Source: Thermodesulfobacteriota bacterium (GTDB taxonomy: Bacteria; Desulfobacterota; WTBG01; JAGOGO01). Taken from it: DNA of 32,000 nt. Positions 1 through 8,589 of the stretch are shown piece by piece. How positions within the stretch are numbered: the stretch's first letter is position 1; each line of letters starts with the position of its first letter. The DNA lies in the NCBI GenBank assembly GCA_026625185.1, contig CP113000.1, positions 1,425,622 through 1,457,621 of the forward strand, read 5' to 3'. The notes beneath the pieces were generated by a model that was not told the DNA's origin, did no database searches, and was given only the letters and a program-made list of their open reading frames with translations. A program made the translations under genes and the position numbers.

Positions 1-18
1 AAATTAGCTCCGGGAAGG

Positions 19-77
19 GTTCACTTTAAGTCTGGTTTGGCCTGTTTTAGTCTGTCTACTATACAAAAACTATACAT
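19..77. repeat. Copy 1 of an unexplained dispersed repeat of about 60 nt (partner at 6277-6335)
   Basis: GGTTCACTTTAAGTCTGGTTTGGCCTGTTTTAGTCTGTCTACTATACAAAAACTATAC aligns without gaps to 6277-6335 and most positions are identical. Weaker similarity (AGGTTCA..CAA) continues about 50 nt further. Confidence 0.6.
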
Positions 78-288
78 TTTAATAATTCTTTTCCGAAAAA
101 ACTTCCAGGTTCAGGTCAAATATCTGCTCCTTATCTTCCTTGGCTACTCCTTATACTTCGCACTTTTTCCGGGAAGTCGCGTAAGAGCGGTTTTTATCTG
201 CCCAGTTAAACATAAAAATTATGATAACCCCGAGGAACCACCCTCCAAACATATCGACGGCGCAATGCACATCCGAAAGAGTAATTTT

Positions 289-552
289 TCAGACCTGTGA
301 GGTGCGTCCCTTTATAACGCGGTACAAAATCAAGAGGATGACAGCGCCACCAACCGCCACTAAGATACTTCTTATATTAAAACCGGTAATTGTCCCAATA
401 CCCAGAGAAGACCCAATAAAGCCGCCTACGAAAGCACCTGCTATTCCTATCAAAATAGTAATAATAAGTCCTCCTGGGTCCTTGCCCGGCATGATTAATT
501 TTGCGAGCAACCCTACGATTAACCCCATAAGTATCCAAGATAGAATTCCCAT
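289..552 (-). CDS. GlsB/YeaQ/YmgE family small membrane stress protein (transglycosylase-associated)
   Basis: 87-aa ORF with glycine-rich TM helices (GLIVGLLAK, IITILIGIAGAFVGGFIG). AAGGAAG RBS upstream of the ATG. Confidence 0.85.
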   Translation of the reverse strand: MGILSWILMGLIVGLLAKLIMPGKDPGGLIITILIGIAGAFVGGFIGSSLGIGTITGFNIRSILVAVGGAVILLILYRVIKGRTSQV

Positions 553-788
553 TATTAACTTCCTTTATTAGGTTAATATTCAATTTTCTTGTACTAACAT
601 CACGTTACTGAGGGGAGAATACATAGAGGTCCCAAACCTCTCTGTAACCCTGCTTTAACTTTGGGAAAAAGATTTGCCATTAAATCCCGCGGTCATACCA
701 AAGCCCGACTTTTCGTAAAAACCGCTTTTGTGCTGTCGTTTGCGGGTTACTAAACTCGCATCGGCCTTATTGTTGCTTTATTTCTACC

Positions 789-1442
789 TCACTTTATACT
801 GGGATCAACCATCCTGCCCATGAACAGAATGCTGCCGGTTTGATTATCCCGAATTAAAAATAAAAAGGGATGATCCGCACGTAAAACCGGATAACTCTTG
901 ACCGATGTAGTTTGCATTTCGACGGCCGTGGCAGCCGCAGCCTCTGTTCCTTCTTCGTTGACTTCATAAAGATTCATCATTCGGCCTGATCCAACCGGGC
1001 ATTCTACCTTGAACGCATCTCCATAATACAGGTAGTGCTGCAGGAGCGCCCGTAGGATAAGCACGTTAACCGGCATCCAGATAGGACCTCGCCAGTTAGA
1101 ATTACCACCGAATAAGAAAGAGTTTGAATCTCCCGGGATATACTCAACTTTGAATTCATCCGTGGTCACCCAAAATGCAAATGGTTTTTTTGCATGAGCA
1201 CGGGAGAGTGCCCGAATCCCAAACTCCCCCAAAAACTCTGTTTCATCCCACATCTCATCATTGTTGTCTCCGATCCTGTCTATGGCAGAAGCGATCCAGA
1301 TAAAATGCTCGGCGAATTTGACGACCATATTTTCATAGGTGGAGTCATAAAGCGCCAGCTCCAGAGAATCGACCCCTTGTTTTTGTTTTAAAGTTGATAC
1401 TTTCATTTCAGAACCAATTGCCTTCATCCGGGCGCATGGCAA
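789..1442 (-). pseudogene. In-frame mosaic ORF made of two non-contiguous pieces of a GH63/MGH1-like glucosidase fused to a serpin C-terminus
   Basis: aa 25-67 (LELALYDSTYENMVVKFAEHF..MWDE) and aa 68-160 (FGIRALSR..FGGNSNWRGPIWMPVN..YYGDAFKVECPVGSG) resemble (alpha/alpha)6 glucosidases. aa 161-217 carry the serpin hinge EEGTEAAAATAV and the signature LRADHPFLFLI..ILFMGR. Only a TTG start is available, 2 nt from the upstream stop, with no RBS. Confidence 0.6.
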
Positions 1443-1444
1443 GA

Positions 1445-1918
1445 TTAGGCTTTTTTACGCCTTAATATTTCGAGACCCTGGGAGATCAGGTCAGCGTGAT
1501 TCTCCGGGACTTTTCCTTCCGGCGTAAGCCGGTTTACGAGCTCGGGCAGGATCTTCGTCAGCTCCCAATTTGCCTGGCCGTGTGATAAACCAATCTGCTG
1601 CGCGAGGTTGTTTAGCGAGGAATCACCAAACACCTCCTGAATTTTGTCTGACGAGACGTTTAGGTTGGGGCCAGTGCTCACCCAGGAGTCGGCCTCACGG
1701 GCCATCCCTTTATTCCGAAACATGTCAAGCACGTTGGATAGACCACCATTTTCCTGGACCATAGACAAAACCGCAGCGAGTAGATTTCCTCCACCGGCTT
1801 GATTGGCACCGCCGAGGCTTTTGATAACCGAATCTATCGGGCTCGCTGACTGTCGCGACCGATCACCACCCAAAACCGAGCCTAAGATGCTGCCTAAGAC
1901 ATTGCTTAAAAATCCCAT
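1445..1918 (-). CDS. YidB family protein (DUF937)
   Basis: 157 aa with a Gly-rich N-terminus and DSWVSTGPNLNVSSDKIQEVFG..LAQQIGLS..LPELVNRLTPEGKVP, typical of DUF937. GGAGG RBS. Confidence 0.75.
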   Translation of the reverse strand: MGFLSNVLGSILGSVLGGDRSRQSASPIDSVIKSLGGANQAGGGNLLAAVLSMVQENGGLSNVLDMFRNKGMAREADSWVSTGPNLNVSSDKIQEVFGDSSLNNLAQQIGLSHGQANWELTKILPELVNRLTPEGKVPENHADLISQGLEILRRKKA

Positions 1919-2062
1919 AATTTCCTCCTTTCTTCTTTTGTAATGATCCCTAAGATTACCTTTAAGGGGAAAAAGCTATTGACTAAAAGAGGTGATTTTT
2001 TTCTTGATGTTAATAAACCGGGACGTCCTACCCCTTCACCGGGATCTGCAGTGCTCGACTTA

Positions 2063-3556
2063 CTAACGGCGGCGGGATCCGCCGAAAATGCCGCCTAAAA
2101 CCCCCCGCAGAATCTGCCGGCCAATCTGGCTGCCGACCGTTCGCATTGCCTGCTTGGCCATGGTTTCCACCATGCCCTGGCGGCGATTGGTGCCCCATAG
2201 CACCTTACCCAAAACACCGCCTCCCACGCCAGTCGGCTTTTCCGCCGGAGGTTCGTTTTGCCGATCTTCGGCTTTCTGTTTCGACAAGTTCCGACGGTTT
2301 AGGATCTCATAGGCCGACTCACGATTCACTGGCAAGTCATACTTGCCCCCTAATAGACTGCGTCCCCGCACTGCTGCCCGCTCTTCCGGCCTGATCGCCC
2401 CAATTCGGCAGCGTGGCGGGCATATTAAGGTACGCTCCACCGGCATCGGGACGCCTTTCTCCTGAAGGGTGGATACCAGTGCTTCTCCAACACCCAGTTG
2501 GGAAATCACCTCGACGACGTTGAGCTTAGGGTTAGTAACGAAAGTCTCCGCCGCAGTACGCACTGCCTTCTGATCACGCGGGGTAAAGGCCCGCAAAGCA
2601 TGCTGAATACGGTTTCCAAGTTGACCGAGAATCTCGTTCGGAACGTCGTCCGGGAACTGCGAGCAAAAGTAAATTCCCACGCCTTTGGAACGAATAAGTC
2701 GCACGACTTGTTCTACCCTCTGGAGTAGTTCCGGCGGAGCATCGTCGAAAAGCAGATGGGCTTCATCGAAAAAAAATACCAGCTTGGGCCGATCGAGGTC
2801 TCCTACCTCAGGAAGGTTTTCGAACAGCTCTGACAAAATCCACAGCAGGAAGCTCGAATATAGGCGCGGCCTTAAAATCAGTTGGTCGGCGGCGAGGATG
2901 TTGACAATGCCACGGCCGTTAAGGTCCGTCCGCATAAGATCCCCGAGTTCGATAGCCGGCTCGCCTAACATAGCTTCTCCACCTTCGCGCTCCAGCGACA
3001 ACAAAGCGCGTTGGATAGCAGCCACGGACTGTGGGCTGACAAGACCGTAGTCCGACGAGATCTCCTTCCGGTTGGACTCAATGAACCCGAGGAGGGCGCG
3101 CAGATCGTCAAGGTCGAGCAGCAATAATCCCTGGTCGTCCGCCAACTTGAATGCGATCTCAAGCGTCCCTGCCTGGATATCATTAAGTTGGAGGATCCGA
3201 CTCAGAAGGTTCGGACCGATCTCGCTGACCGTGGTACGTACTGGATGGCCTGCCTGGCCGTACAGGTCCCAGAACAATACCGGACATGCCTCGTAAGCGT
3301 AATCCTCGATGCCGATCTGGTCGACACGCTGTTTTATCTTCTCGTTGGTGTCACCAGCCAGCGCTAAACCAGCGATATCACCCTTCACGTCAGCCATGAA
3401 CACCGGTACCCCCAGACGCGAAAAGCCCTCCGCCAGCACAAGCAGCGAAATACTTTTACCGGTGCCGGTAGCGCCAGCTACCAAGCCATGGCGATTGCCG
3501 TATTTGGCAAGTAAATAAACAGGCGATTCCCCTTTGCCAACGAGAATTTGATTCAC
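2063..3556 (-). CDS. HerA-like helicase-domain ATPase (DUF853, YjgR-like)
   Basis: 497 aa. Walker A GATGTGKS, Walker B LVFFFDEAHLLF, basic Gly-rich tail. GTG start with GGAGG RBS. Confidence 0.85.
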   Translation of the reverse strand: MNQILVGKGESPVYLLAKYGNRHGLVAGATGTGKSISLLVLAEGFSRLGVPVFMADVKGDIAGLALAGDTNEKIKQRVDQIGIEDYAYEACPVLFWDLYGQAGHPVRTTVSEIGPNLLSRILQLNDIQAGTLEIAFKLADDQGLLLLDLDDLRALLGFIESNRKEISSDYGLVSPQSVAAIQRALLSLEREGGEAMLGEPAIELGDLMRTDLNGRGIVNILAADQLILRPRLYSSFLLWILSELFENLPEVGDLDRPKLVFFFDEAHLLFDDAPPELLQRVEQVVRLIRSKGVGIYFCSQFPDDVPNEILGQLGNRIQHALRAFTPRDQKAVRTAAETFVTNPKLNVVEVISQLGVGEALVSTLQEKGVPMPVERTLICPPRCRIGAIRPEERAAVRGRSLLGGKYDLPVNRESAYEILNRRNLSKQKAEDRQNEPPAEKPTGVGGGVLGKVLWGTNRRQGMVETMAKQAMRTVGSQIGRQILRGVLGGIFGGSRRR

Positions 3557-3664
3557 GAGCTACCTCCTTTTTTCTGAGTAAAATCTGATCTCCGCTCAAG
3601 GTGGCAATAAACAAGCGTACTTAAGCGAACGTCGCTTTAAAACATTCGGTTGAACGTGCCTTGC

Positions 3665-3799
3665 TTAACTTTGTTGTTTTGCGAGCGCTTTTTTTATCAT
3701 GTTAATAACGACCATTAATACGCCGTTTCCCACACCACCCCAGACAATACTTCCGATTATGCTACCAATATCAATGCGGCCGACACTATTGATTTTCAA
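3665..3799 (-). CDS. Possible 44-aa glycine-zipper membrane peptide
   Basis: My own translation gives (M)KINSVGRIDIGSIIGSIVWGGVGNGVLMVVINMIKKALAKQQS. It has a TTG start and no clear RBS, and lies between ypfJ and the DUF853 gene. It is below the ORF-track length cutoff. Confidence 0.3.
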   Translation of the reverse strand: MKINSVGRIDIGSIIGSIVWGGVGNGVLMVVINMIKKALAKQQS

Positions 3800-3854
3800 T
3801 TTTTAAATCTCTATTGGTTTTCTAATAAGTTTATTCTGGAGCTCAATTTTGGCA

Positions 3855-4697
3855 TTATAAATTATCAGTATTAAAAGTATCTCCCCCTTTTAAATCACCG
3901 GATCGGAATCCTTTATCAAACCATCGTTTTCTCTGCACTGAGGTACCATGAGTAAAACTCTCCGGCACAACATATCCCCGGGCACTTTTTTGAATGCGGT
4001 CATCACCAACTGCACTTGCGGCATTGAGTGCTTCGTCAAGATCCCCCTCTTCAAGCACATTCATTCTTTGGGCGTAATGCGCCCACACACCGGAAAAATA
4101 GTCTGCCTGCAATTCAAGACGAACAAGGTATTTATTAAACTCCTCCTCGCTCAGTCTTGAACGAAGAGACATCACCTTCTCATTGATACCCAGAAGGGTT
4201 TGAACGTGGTGCCCCACTTCGTGGGCAATGACATACGCCATGGCAAAATCACCCGGTGCCTTAAAGCGTTGTTGAAGCTCATCATAAAAACTCAAATCAA
4301 TATATAGGTTGTAATCACCCGGGCAATAAAATGGACCGGTAGCGGCACCGGAAAACCCGCAGGCTGACTGCACACTTCCGGAATAAAGAACCAGTTTTGG
4401 ATAACTATACTCTGCTCCTTCCTTACGAAATAACTCCGTCCAGACATCTTCTGTGTCTGCAAGAACTACTGATACGAATTGCGAAAGTTCATTCTCTTCC
4501 GCGGTTCCTTGATAAGGTGCAGTGGTCTGAGTATTCTCGATCTGCACATTATTCAAAAGTTGTGAGGGATCGCCGCCCAGAAAATAAATTGCGAGTATGA
4601 CAATTATTGTTCCGATTCCCCCGCCAACCATGACTTTTGGAGACCGTCCCCGGCGGTCTTCCACGTTTGCGCTTTGCCTTCTGCCTTTCCAAAGCAT
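3855..4697 (-). CDS. ypfJ: YpfJ-family neutral zinc metallopeptidase (membrane-anchored)
   Basis: 280 aa. N-terminal RRQSANVEDRRG followed by a TM helix, HEVGHH zinc motif, C-terminal QRKRWFDKGF, as in PF04228 proteins. Confidence 0.85.
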   Translation of the reverse strand: MLWKGRRQSANVEDRRGRSPKVMVGGGIGTIIVILAIYFLGGDPSQLLNNVQIENTQTTAPYQGTAEENELSQFVSVVLADTEDVWTELFRKEGAEYSYPKLVLYSGSVQSACGFSGAATGPFYCPGDYNLYIDLSFYDELQQRFKAPGDFAMAYVIAHEVGHHVQTLLGINEKVMSLRSRLSEEEFNKYLVRLELQADYFSGVWAHYAQRMNVLEEGDLDEALNAASAVGDDRIQKSARGYVVPESFTHGTSVQRKRWFDKGFRSGDLKGGDTFNTDNL

Positions 4698-4817
4698 ACT
4701 ATTTCCCCTTTTCTATTATTAATTATATTTCAAATTAAATTTTTAAGTTTTTCTTACTGATAACTTTGGTTATTTATTTCCTATAAAACCCCACGTTCTG
4801 ATAAGTTCCTTCTCCTA

Positions 4818-4855
4818 ACAAAAAAGGCCGCTCACCTTCCTAAGGTAAGCCAGCC
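4818..4855 (-). terminator. Rho-independent terminator-like hairpin on the minus strand
   Basis: The minus strand reads GGCTGGCTTACCTT-AGG-AAGGTGAGCGGCC followed by TTTTTTGTT. The one non-Watson-Crick stem position is G-U on the minus strand and C-A on the plus strand. Confidence 0.4.
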
Positions 4856-5442
4856 TTCTTTTCTTCTAATTACGTTAAAACCATGTCCTTTTCTACCATC
4901 TTGCACAAAGGGTCTTTTGATTTTTATTTTAATATTGTTATATTAATTCCTTATAGGGAACGAGTCAATAATATTAATAATAAGATAGTTTGGGAAATAA
5001 AAACCCCCGCATTTCTGCAAGTGTTTATGGGAAAATGGAGGATATTCCTCCTCGTTTTAACAATTCCAAATCTTAAAGGCGCTTGTCCCTAAGATAAAAA
5101 TCTTTTATTATATATGGTAATATTTCATAAATGAGGTGAAAAAATCTGCACGATAAATAAGGCTTAAGATTTCCCATTAAACCTTTGATATTTTTAATAT
5201 AGGCGGAGCAGGTTTCAAATTTACGACCTCTGGCTGGTAAGTTATATTTTTAGGATCCCGCACCAACGATTTCAATGGGTTACAAGAGACAAGTTGCGGG
5301 TTTGATACTGTAAAACGCAACTTATATGCAACCAGTTGTCGTAGTTTGCAGAGTGATATAAAGTGAAGTAAAATAAGGCAAATTTTTATGGTACAGATAA
5401 GCAAGGTCAAACAATTCAAACCAGAAAGGAAGGATCAAATTC

Positions 5443-6234
5443 GTGAGCTACATGGCAATGGCTTTGATCGTGTTCGTCTGCGTCTTCACTAGCGCATTAT
5501 TAACTATGTTTTTGCGCGCCATGCTGCCCCACCATCATCTGAGCCAGGATACCAAGGATGTCGTTAATTTGTCGATGGGCCTGATTGCGACGATGGCGGC
5601 ACTGGTCCTCGGTCTGCTGACCGCCTCGGCAAAGACTTCGTTTGACCAGGCGAACAGCGGGATTCAGCAGAGTGCCTCCAACCTCATCCAGCTTGACCAT
5701 ATTCTGGCCCGTTATGGACCTGAGACGAAAGCGATCCGTGACCGGCTCCGGCGATTGGTGGCCATCAGGATAAATCAATTATGGCCCGAAGAATGTTCCC
5801 CTTCGGAAAAGTTGGAGACGCCGGAGGAGAAGGTGGGGGTCGAGGGTGTCGTGGCGGAGGGAAAAGAGGGAGAAATTATCGAGGATGCAATTCGCAAACT
5901 CTCTCCGCAGAATGAGGCCCAGCGAGAGTTCCAGTCCCGTGCTTTGCAGTTTATGCGGGACCTTGCGGGGACGCGATGGCTGCTATTCGTGGAGGCGCTC
6001 AACCCGATGCCCAAACCATTTATAGTAGTTCTCGTCTTCTGGCTCTGCTTGTTGTTTGCCGGCTTTGGCCTTTATGCACCCCGCAACGCAACGGTCAGCG
6101 TCTCCTTCCTACTCTGTGCGGTAGCAGTTTCCAGCGCGATCTTTCTGATAATGGAGATGAACCAAGCATTCGAAGGGTTGATCAAGGTTTCAAGCGGACC
6201 ACTGCGCTATGCTCTCTTACGGCTCGGGCAGTAG
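5443..6234 (+). CDS. DUF4239-like membrane protein
   Basis: 263 aa, GTG start with AAGGAAGGA RBS. N-terminal TM helix, LVLGLLTASAKTSFDQANSGIQQSASNLIQLDHILARYGPE, and two C-terminal TM helices. Confidence 0.55.
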   Translation: MSYMAMALIVFVCVFTSALLTMFLRAMLPHHHLSQDTKDVVNLSMGLIATMAALVLGLLTASAKTSFDQANSGIQQSASNLIQLDHILARYGPETKAIRDRLRRLVAIRINQLWPEECSPSEKLETPEEKVGVEGVVAEGKEGEIIEDAIRKLSPQNEAQREFQSRALQFMRDLAGTRWLLFVEALNPMPKPFIVVLVFWLCLLFAGFGLYAPRNATVSVSFLLCAVAVSSAIFLIMEMNQAFEGLIKVSSGPLRYALLRLGQ

Positions 6235-6276
6235 CGGTGGAGATGACCTGAGTAAGTCAGCAGCCAAGAAGCGAAT

Positions 6277-6335
6277 GGTTCACTTTGAGTCGGTTTTGGT
6301 TTGTTTCAGACTGTATATTATATAAAAAGTATCAG
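6277..6335. repeat. Copy 2 of the dispersed repeat of about 60 nt (partner at 19-77)
   Basis: GGTTCACTTTGAGTCGGTTTTGGTTTGTTTCAGACTGTATATTATATAAAAAGTATCAG, starting about 40 nt after the DUF4239 stop. Confidence 0.6.
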
Positions 6336-6457
6336 CGACAAGGCTGTTAACCGGACGTTTAGGTTCATACAAGTTTTTCAGAAATTAAGAAAGAGGGGGT
6401 AAGGATATACTCGACTTTATTTTGAGGACCTAATAGTTGACAAGGTGGCCTGCCCGA

Positions 6458-6880
6458 GATGCCGATAATTACGGTAAAATTGAGCTGCTCATTGCCGAAT
6501 TAACCGGAAGGTTACAGACTCTTTAAGAATTTTCAAATATAAAGGCGGGACCTACGACCTAATCTGGACTTTTTCCACCCTCTCAACGGTGAATCCTAAT
6601 TCCGGCCTGTTTGTCGGTGATGTTGACAATAATGGGGCAAATGAGGTTGCCCTAAATCAAAATGGTTAAAAATTTACCAATCTCAGATTCGATCTGAGTT
6701 TTTAATGGAAGTTCCACCGATATTAATGATTATCCGGTTTTTATTGGAAATCCTAACAACGATGGATGGAAAGAATGAAAAATCCAAGAAAAAACTACAT
6801 TTGGGGTGCAGGCTTATACTGTGGTTATCGGCGCAATGATTAACATTACTCCTGACACCTTGAATTTTAAGAGTAAATAG
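6458..6880 (+). pseudogene. Remnants of an FG-GAP/VCBS-repeat surface protein, broken across several frames
   Basis: Fragments translate as DADNYGKIELLIAE, GLFVGDVDNNGANEVALNQNG, IGNPNNDGWKE and VVIGAMINITPDTLNFKSK in different frames with stops between them. No intact ORF. Confidence 0.4.
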
Positions 6881-6984
6881 AAAAGAAATTGTTTTCTCCC
6901 TTTTTTGTGCTATATTTTAAATGTACTTTCAACCCGTTAAATAAGCGGTGTTGGTTATGTTAATTAACAAAGCTTTAAAAATAG

Positions 6985-7026
6985 CCCTTCCAACCAGTTG
7001 ATAGCTGGGAGAGGGGTTTTTTATTT
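6985..7026 (+). terminator. Terminator- or attenuator-like stem-loop upstream of the ACT-domain gene
   Basis: CCCTTCCAACCAGTTGATAGCTGGGAGAGGGG followed by TTTTTTATTT, about 40 nt upstream of the RBS of the next gene. Confidence 0.35.
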
Positions 7027-7064
7027 GAGACGAAAGGAGGAAACACCATGAAAAGGAGGGTAAT

Positions 7065-7490
7065 ATGATGAACTTAATGGTCGATCGTGTAGATGTGTGG
7101 CATGCCACTGTCGATGACAAGCCAGGCGGGTTGGCGAAAATGCTTTCCGGCCTCCATGCTGCCGGTGCTGATCTCAATTTCATCCTTGCCAGGCGGGCGC
7201 CCGATAAACCGGGCACGGGGGTTGTGTTTGTCACCCCGTTGCAGGGCGACAAGGAGATCCGCGCAGCCTTTAGTCTTGGTTTCAGTGTTACAAGAAGCCT
7301 AAGGTCGGTGCGGGTGGAGGGAGAAAACAAACCGGGAATTGCCGCAGAGCTGGCCGAAAAACTTGCTGAAGCGGGGATCAACCTTCGTGGATTCTCCGGG
7401 GCGGTTATTGGAAAGAAGTTCATCCTCTACATCGGTTTTGACGCCGATCAAGACATAGAAAAAGCCGTCGCTGTTTTGCAGCAGCCTTAG
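7065..7490 (+). CDS. ACT-domain protein (tandem ACT-like halves)
   Basis: 141 aa with two halves (VWHATVDDKPGGLAKMLSGLHAAGADL and VRVEGENKPGIAAELAEKLAEAGINL). AAGGAGGG RBS. Confidence 0.6.
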   Translation: MMNLMVDRVDVWHATVDDKPGGLAKMLSGLHAAGADLNFILARRAPDKPGTGVVFVTPLQGDKEIRAAFSLGFSVTRSLRSVRVEGENKPGIAAELAEKLAEAGINLRGFSGAVIGKKFILYIGFDADQDIEKAVAVLQQP

Positions 7491-7628
7491 TTAGATTAGA
7501 TGGTTTTTGGTGTTGACTGATGTTCAGGAAGGGGTAATTAAATAAATAATAGGTGCGGGATTCAGGAACGAAGGTCCTGTTGCTTATGAGAAACAATCAA
7601 TAAATTTCCCTTCAGAAAGGTAAAAACC

Positions 7629-8111
7629 ATGGAAAAAATATTGATTGCCATTGACAATTCAGCGGGTTCTTTGAAGGCTATTGGTTATGCCGGGAGACAA
7701 TACTATCAAAGGAAAGATATTCAGATTACTCTTTTTCATGTCCTTTTAGGCGAACCGCCAGAATTTTGGGATGATGGCCATATCCTGACCGAGGAAGAAA
7801 AAAAGGCCCGTAAGCATGTTATTAAAAAGTGGTCAACCAATAAAAAGAAAGAACTTGGCCCTTTGTTTAATAAGGCAAGAGAAGTTCTGACCGAGCAGGG
7901 AATCCCAGCTAAGCAGATCAAGACAAAGTTTTCCATCGAATCATTGCATTTGGTGCCTCAACGCATTGTTGGAGAAGCTAAAGCCGGTGGGTATAAAACC
8001 ATCATCATTGGTCGGTGCGGCCGGTCTCATTTAAAACATATTCTGCTCGGCAGTATCGCAAATAAAATTATCAATTCTGCCATAGGAATTGCTGTGTGGG
8101 TGGTTGATTAA
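7629..8111 (+). CDS. Universal stress protein (UspA family)
   Basis: 160 aa. KILIAIDNS N-terminus and C-terminal IIIGRCGRSHLKHILLGSIANKIINSA, the ATP-binding G-x2-G-x9-G-S/T region. Confidence 0.85.
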   Translation: MEKILIAIDNSAGSLKAIGYAGRQYYQRKDIQITLFHVLLGEPPEFWDDGHILTEEEKKARKHVIKKWSTNKKKELGPLFNKAREVLTEQGIPAKQIKTKFSIESLHLVPQRIVGEAKAGGYKTIIIGRCGRSHLKHILLGSIANKIINSAIGIAVWVVD

Positions 8112-8194
8112 AAAAATGGGAAATGGATAAAAGGTTGGGACTTAATTTGGTTGTCTATCCTGTGGTTTGATGTTCGGAGAAACTCAAAAAAATT

Positions 8195-8228
8195 GAGGAA
8201 AAACCGTTTTGTTTTTCCTCTTATTTTA
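8195..8228 (+). terminator. Rho-independent terminator after the usp gene
   Basis: GAGGAAAAA-CCGTTTTG-TTTTTCCTC followed by TTATTTTA. Confidence 0.6.
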
Positions 8229-8307
8229 TCCCATATTGGCTTATTAGGGTAACAAAATGGTAACTAATGAGTAATTAAATGAAAAAACGAAACATTTTAG
8301 CCATCAG

Positions 8308-8360
8308 TGCCCGGGGCCGGACTTGAACCGGCACAGTACTGAGAACCGAGGGATTTTAAG
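8308..8360 (-). other. 3' fragment of a tRNA-Leu(UAA), not a complete gene; att-site-like scar
   Basis: The minus strand reads CTTAAAA (anticodon loop, UAA) TCCCT, CGGT-tctcagt-ACTG (long variable arm), GCCGG-TTCAAGT-CCGGC (T arm), CCCGGGC-A (acceptor 3' strand plus discriminator). The upstream sequence offers no D arm, no 5' acceptor strand and no complementary anticodon-stem strand. Confidence 0.65.
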
Positions 8361-8589
8361 ACCAAAACACATGAAAAAACGGGAGAAACACAAGCCCCCG
8401 TTTTTCTTTTTAAATTTTTATTATACCTATACAAATTAAAAAACTTATAGTTGGATACAGTTGGCTTGAATTGGCAACATTTCGATCATGACGGGCACAA
8501 AATTAGGCACAATAAAAAAAGAATTCCTTTTAGGAAAAGCTCCTGGGAAAGTAAATTTCACTCTTGAGTGATGAAAGGAGGATAAAAAG

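Noticed and set aside
221-583. Track ORFs 221..571 (+) and 377..583 (-), which overlap the GlsB gene
   Set aside because: They are antisense or alternative-frame shadows of a well-supported small membrane protein gene. Their composition is proline/isoleucine-rich or otherwise implausible, and they have no RBS.
1429-1442. The 14-mer TTGCCATGCGCCCG occurs both here (minus strand) and at 24095-24108, giving two ORFs that start MPCAR
   Set aside because: A single exact 14-nt match between two places in 32 kb counted on both strands is within chance expectation. Both TTG starts are probably not real starts. At 24.1 kb the sequence is half of a local hairpin.
2088-3518. Seven plus-strand ORFs of 69-121 aa inside the DUF853 ATPase gene
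   Set aside because: All are antisense to a 497-aa gene with clear Walker motifs. Their Arg/Ser/Pro-rich translations are typical of GC-rich shadow frames.
5177-5419. 80-aa minus-strand ORF in the AT-rich gap
   Set aside because: It has a low-complexity Leu/Ile/Cys-rich translation, no RBS and no motif. It is more likely non-coding, and the region is flagged separately as a possible sRNA or leader.
8308-8360. Calling this an intact tRNA gene
   Set aside because: Only the segment from the anticodon loop to the discriminator base is present. The upstream sequence cannot form the D arm, the 5' acceptor strand or the 5' anticodon-stem strand.
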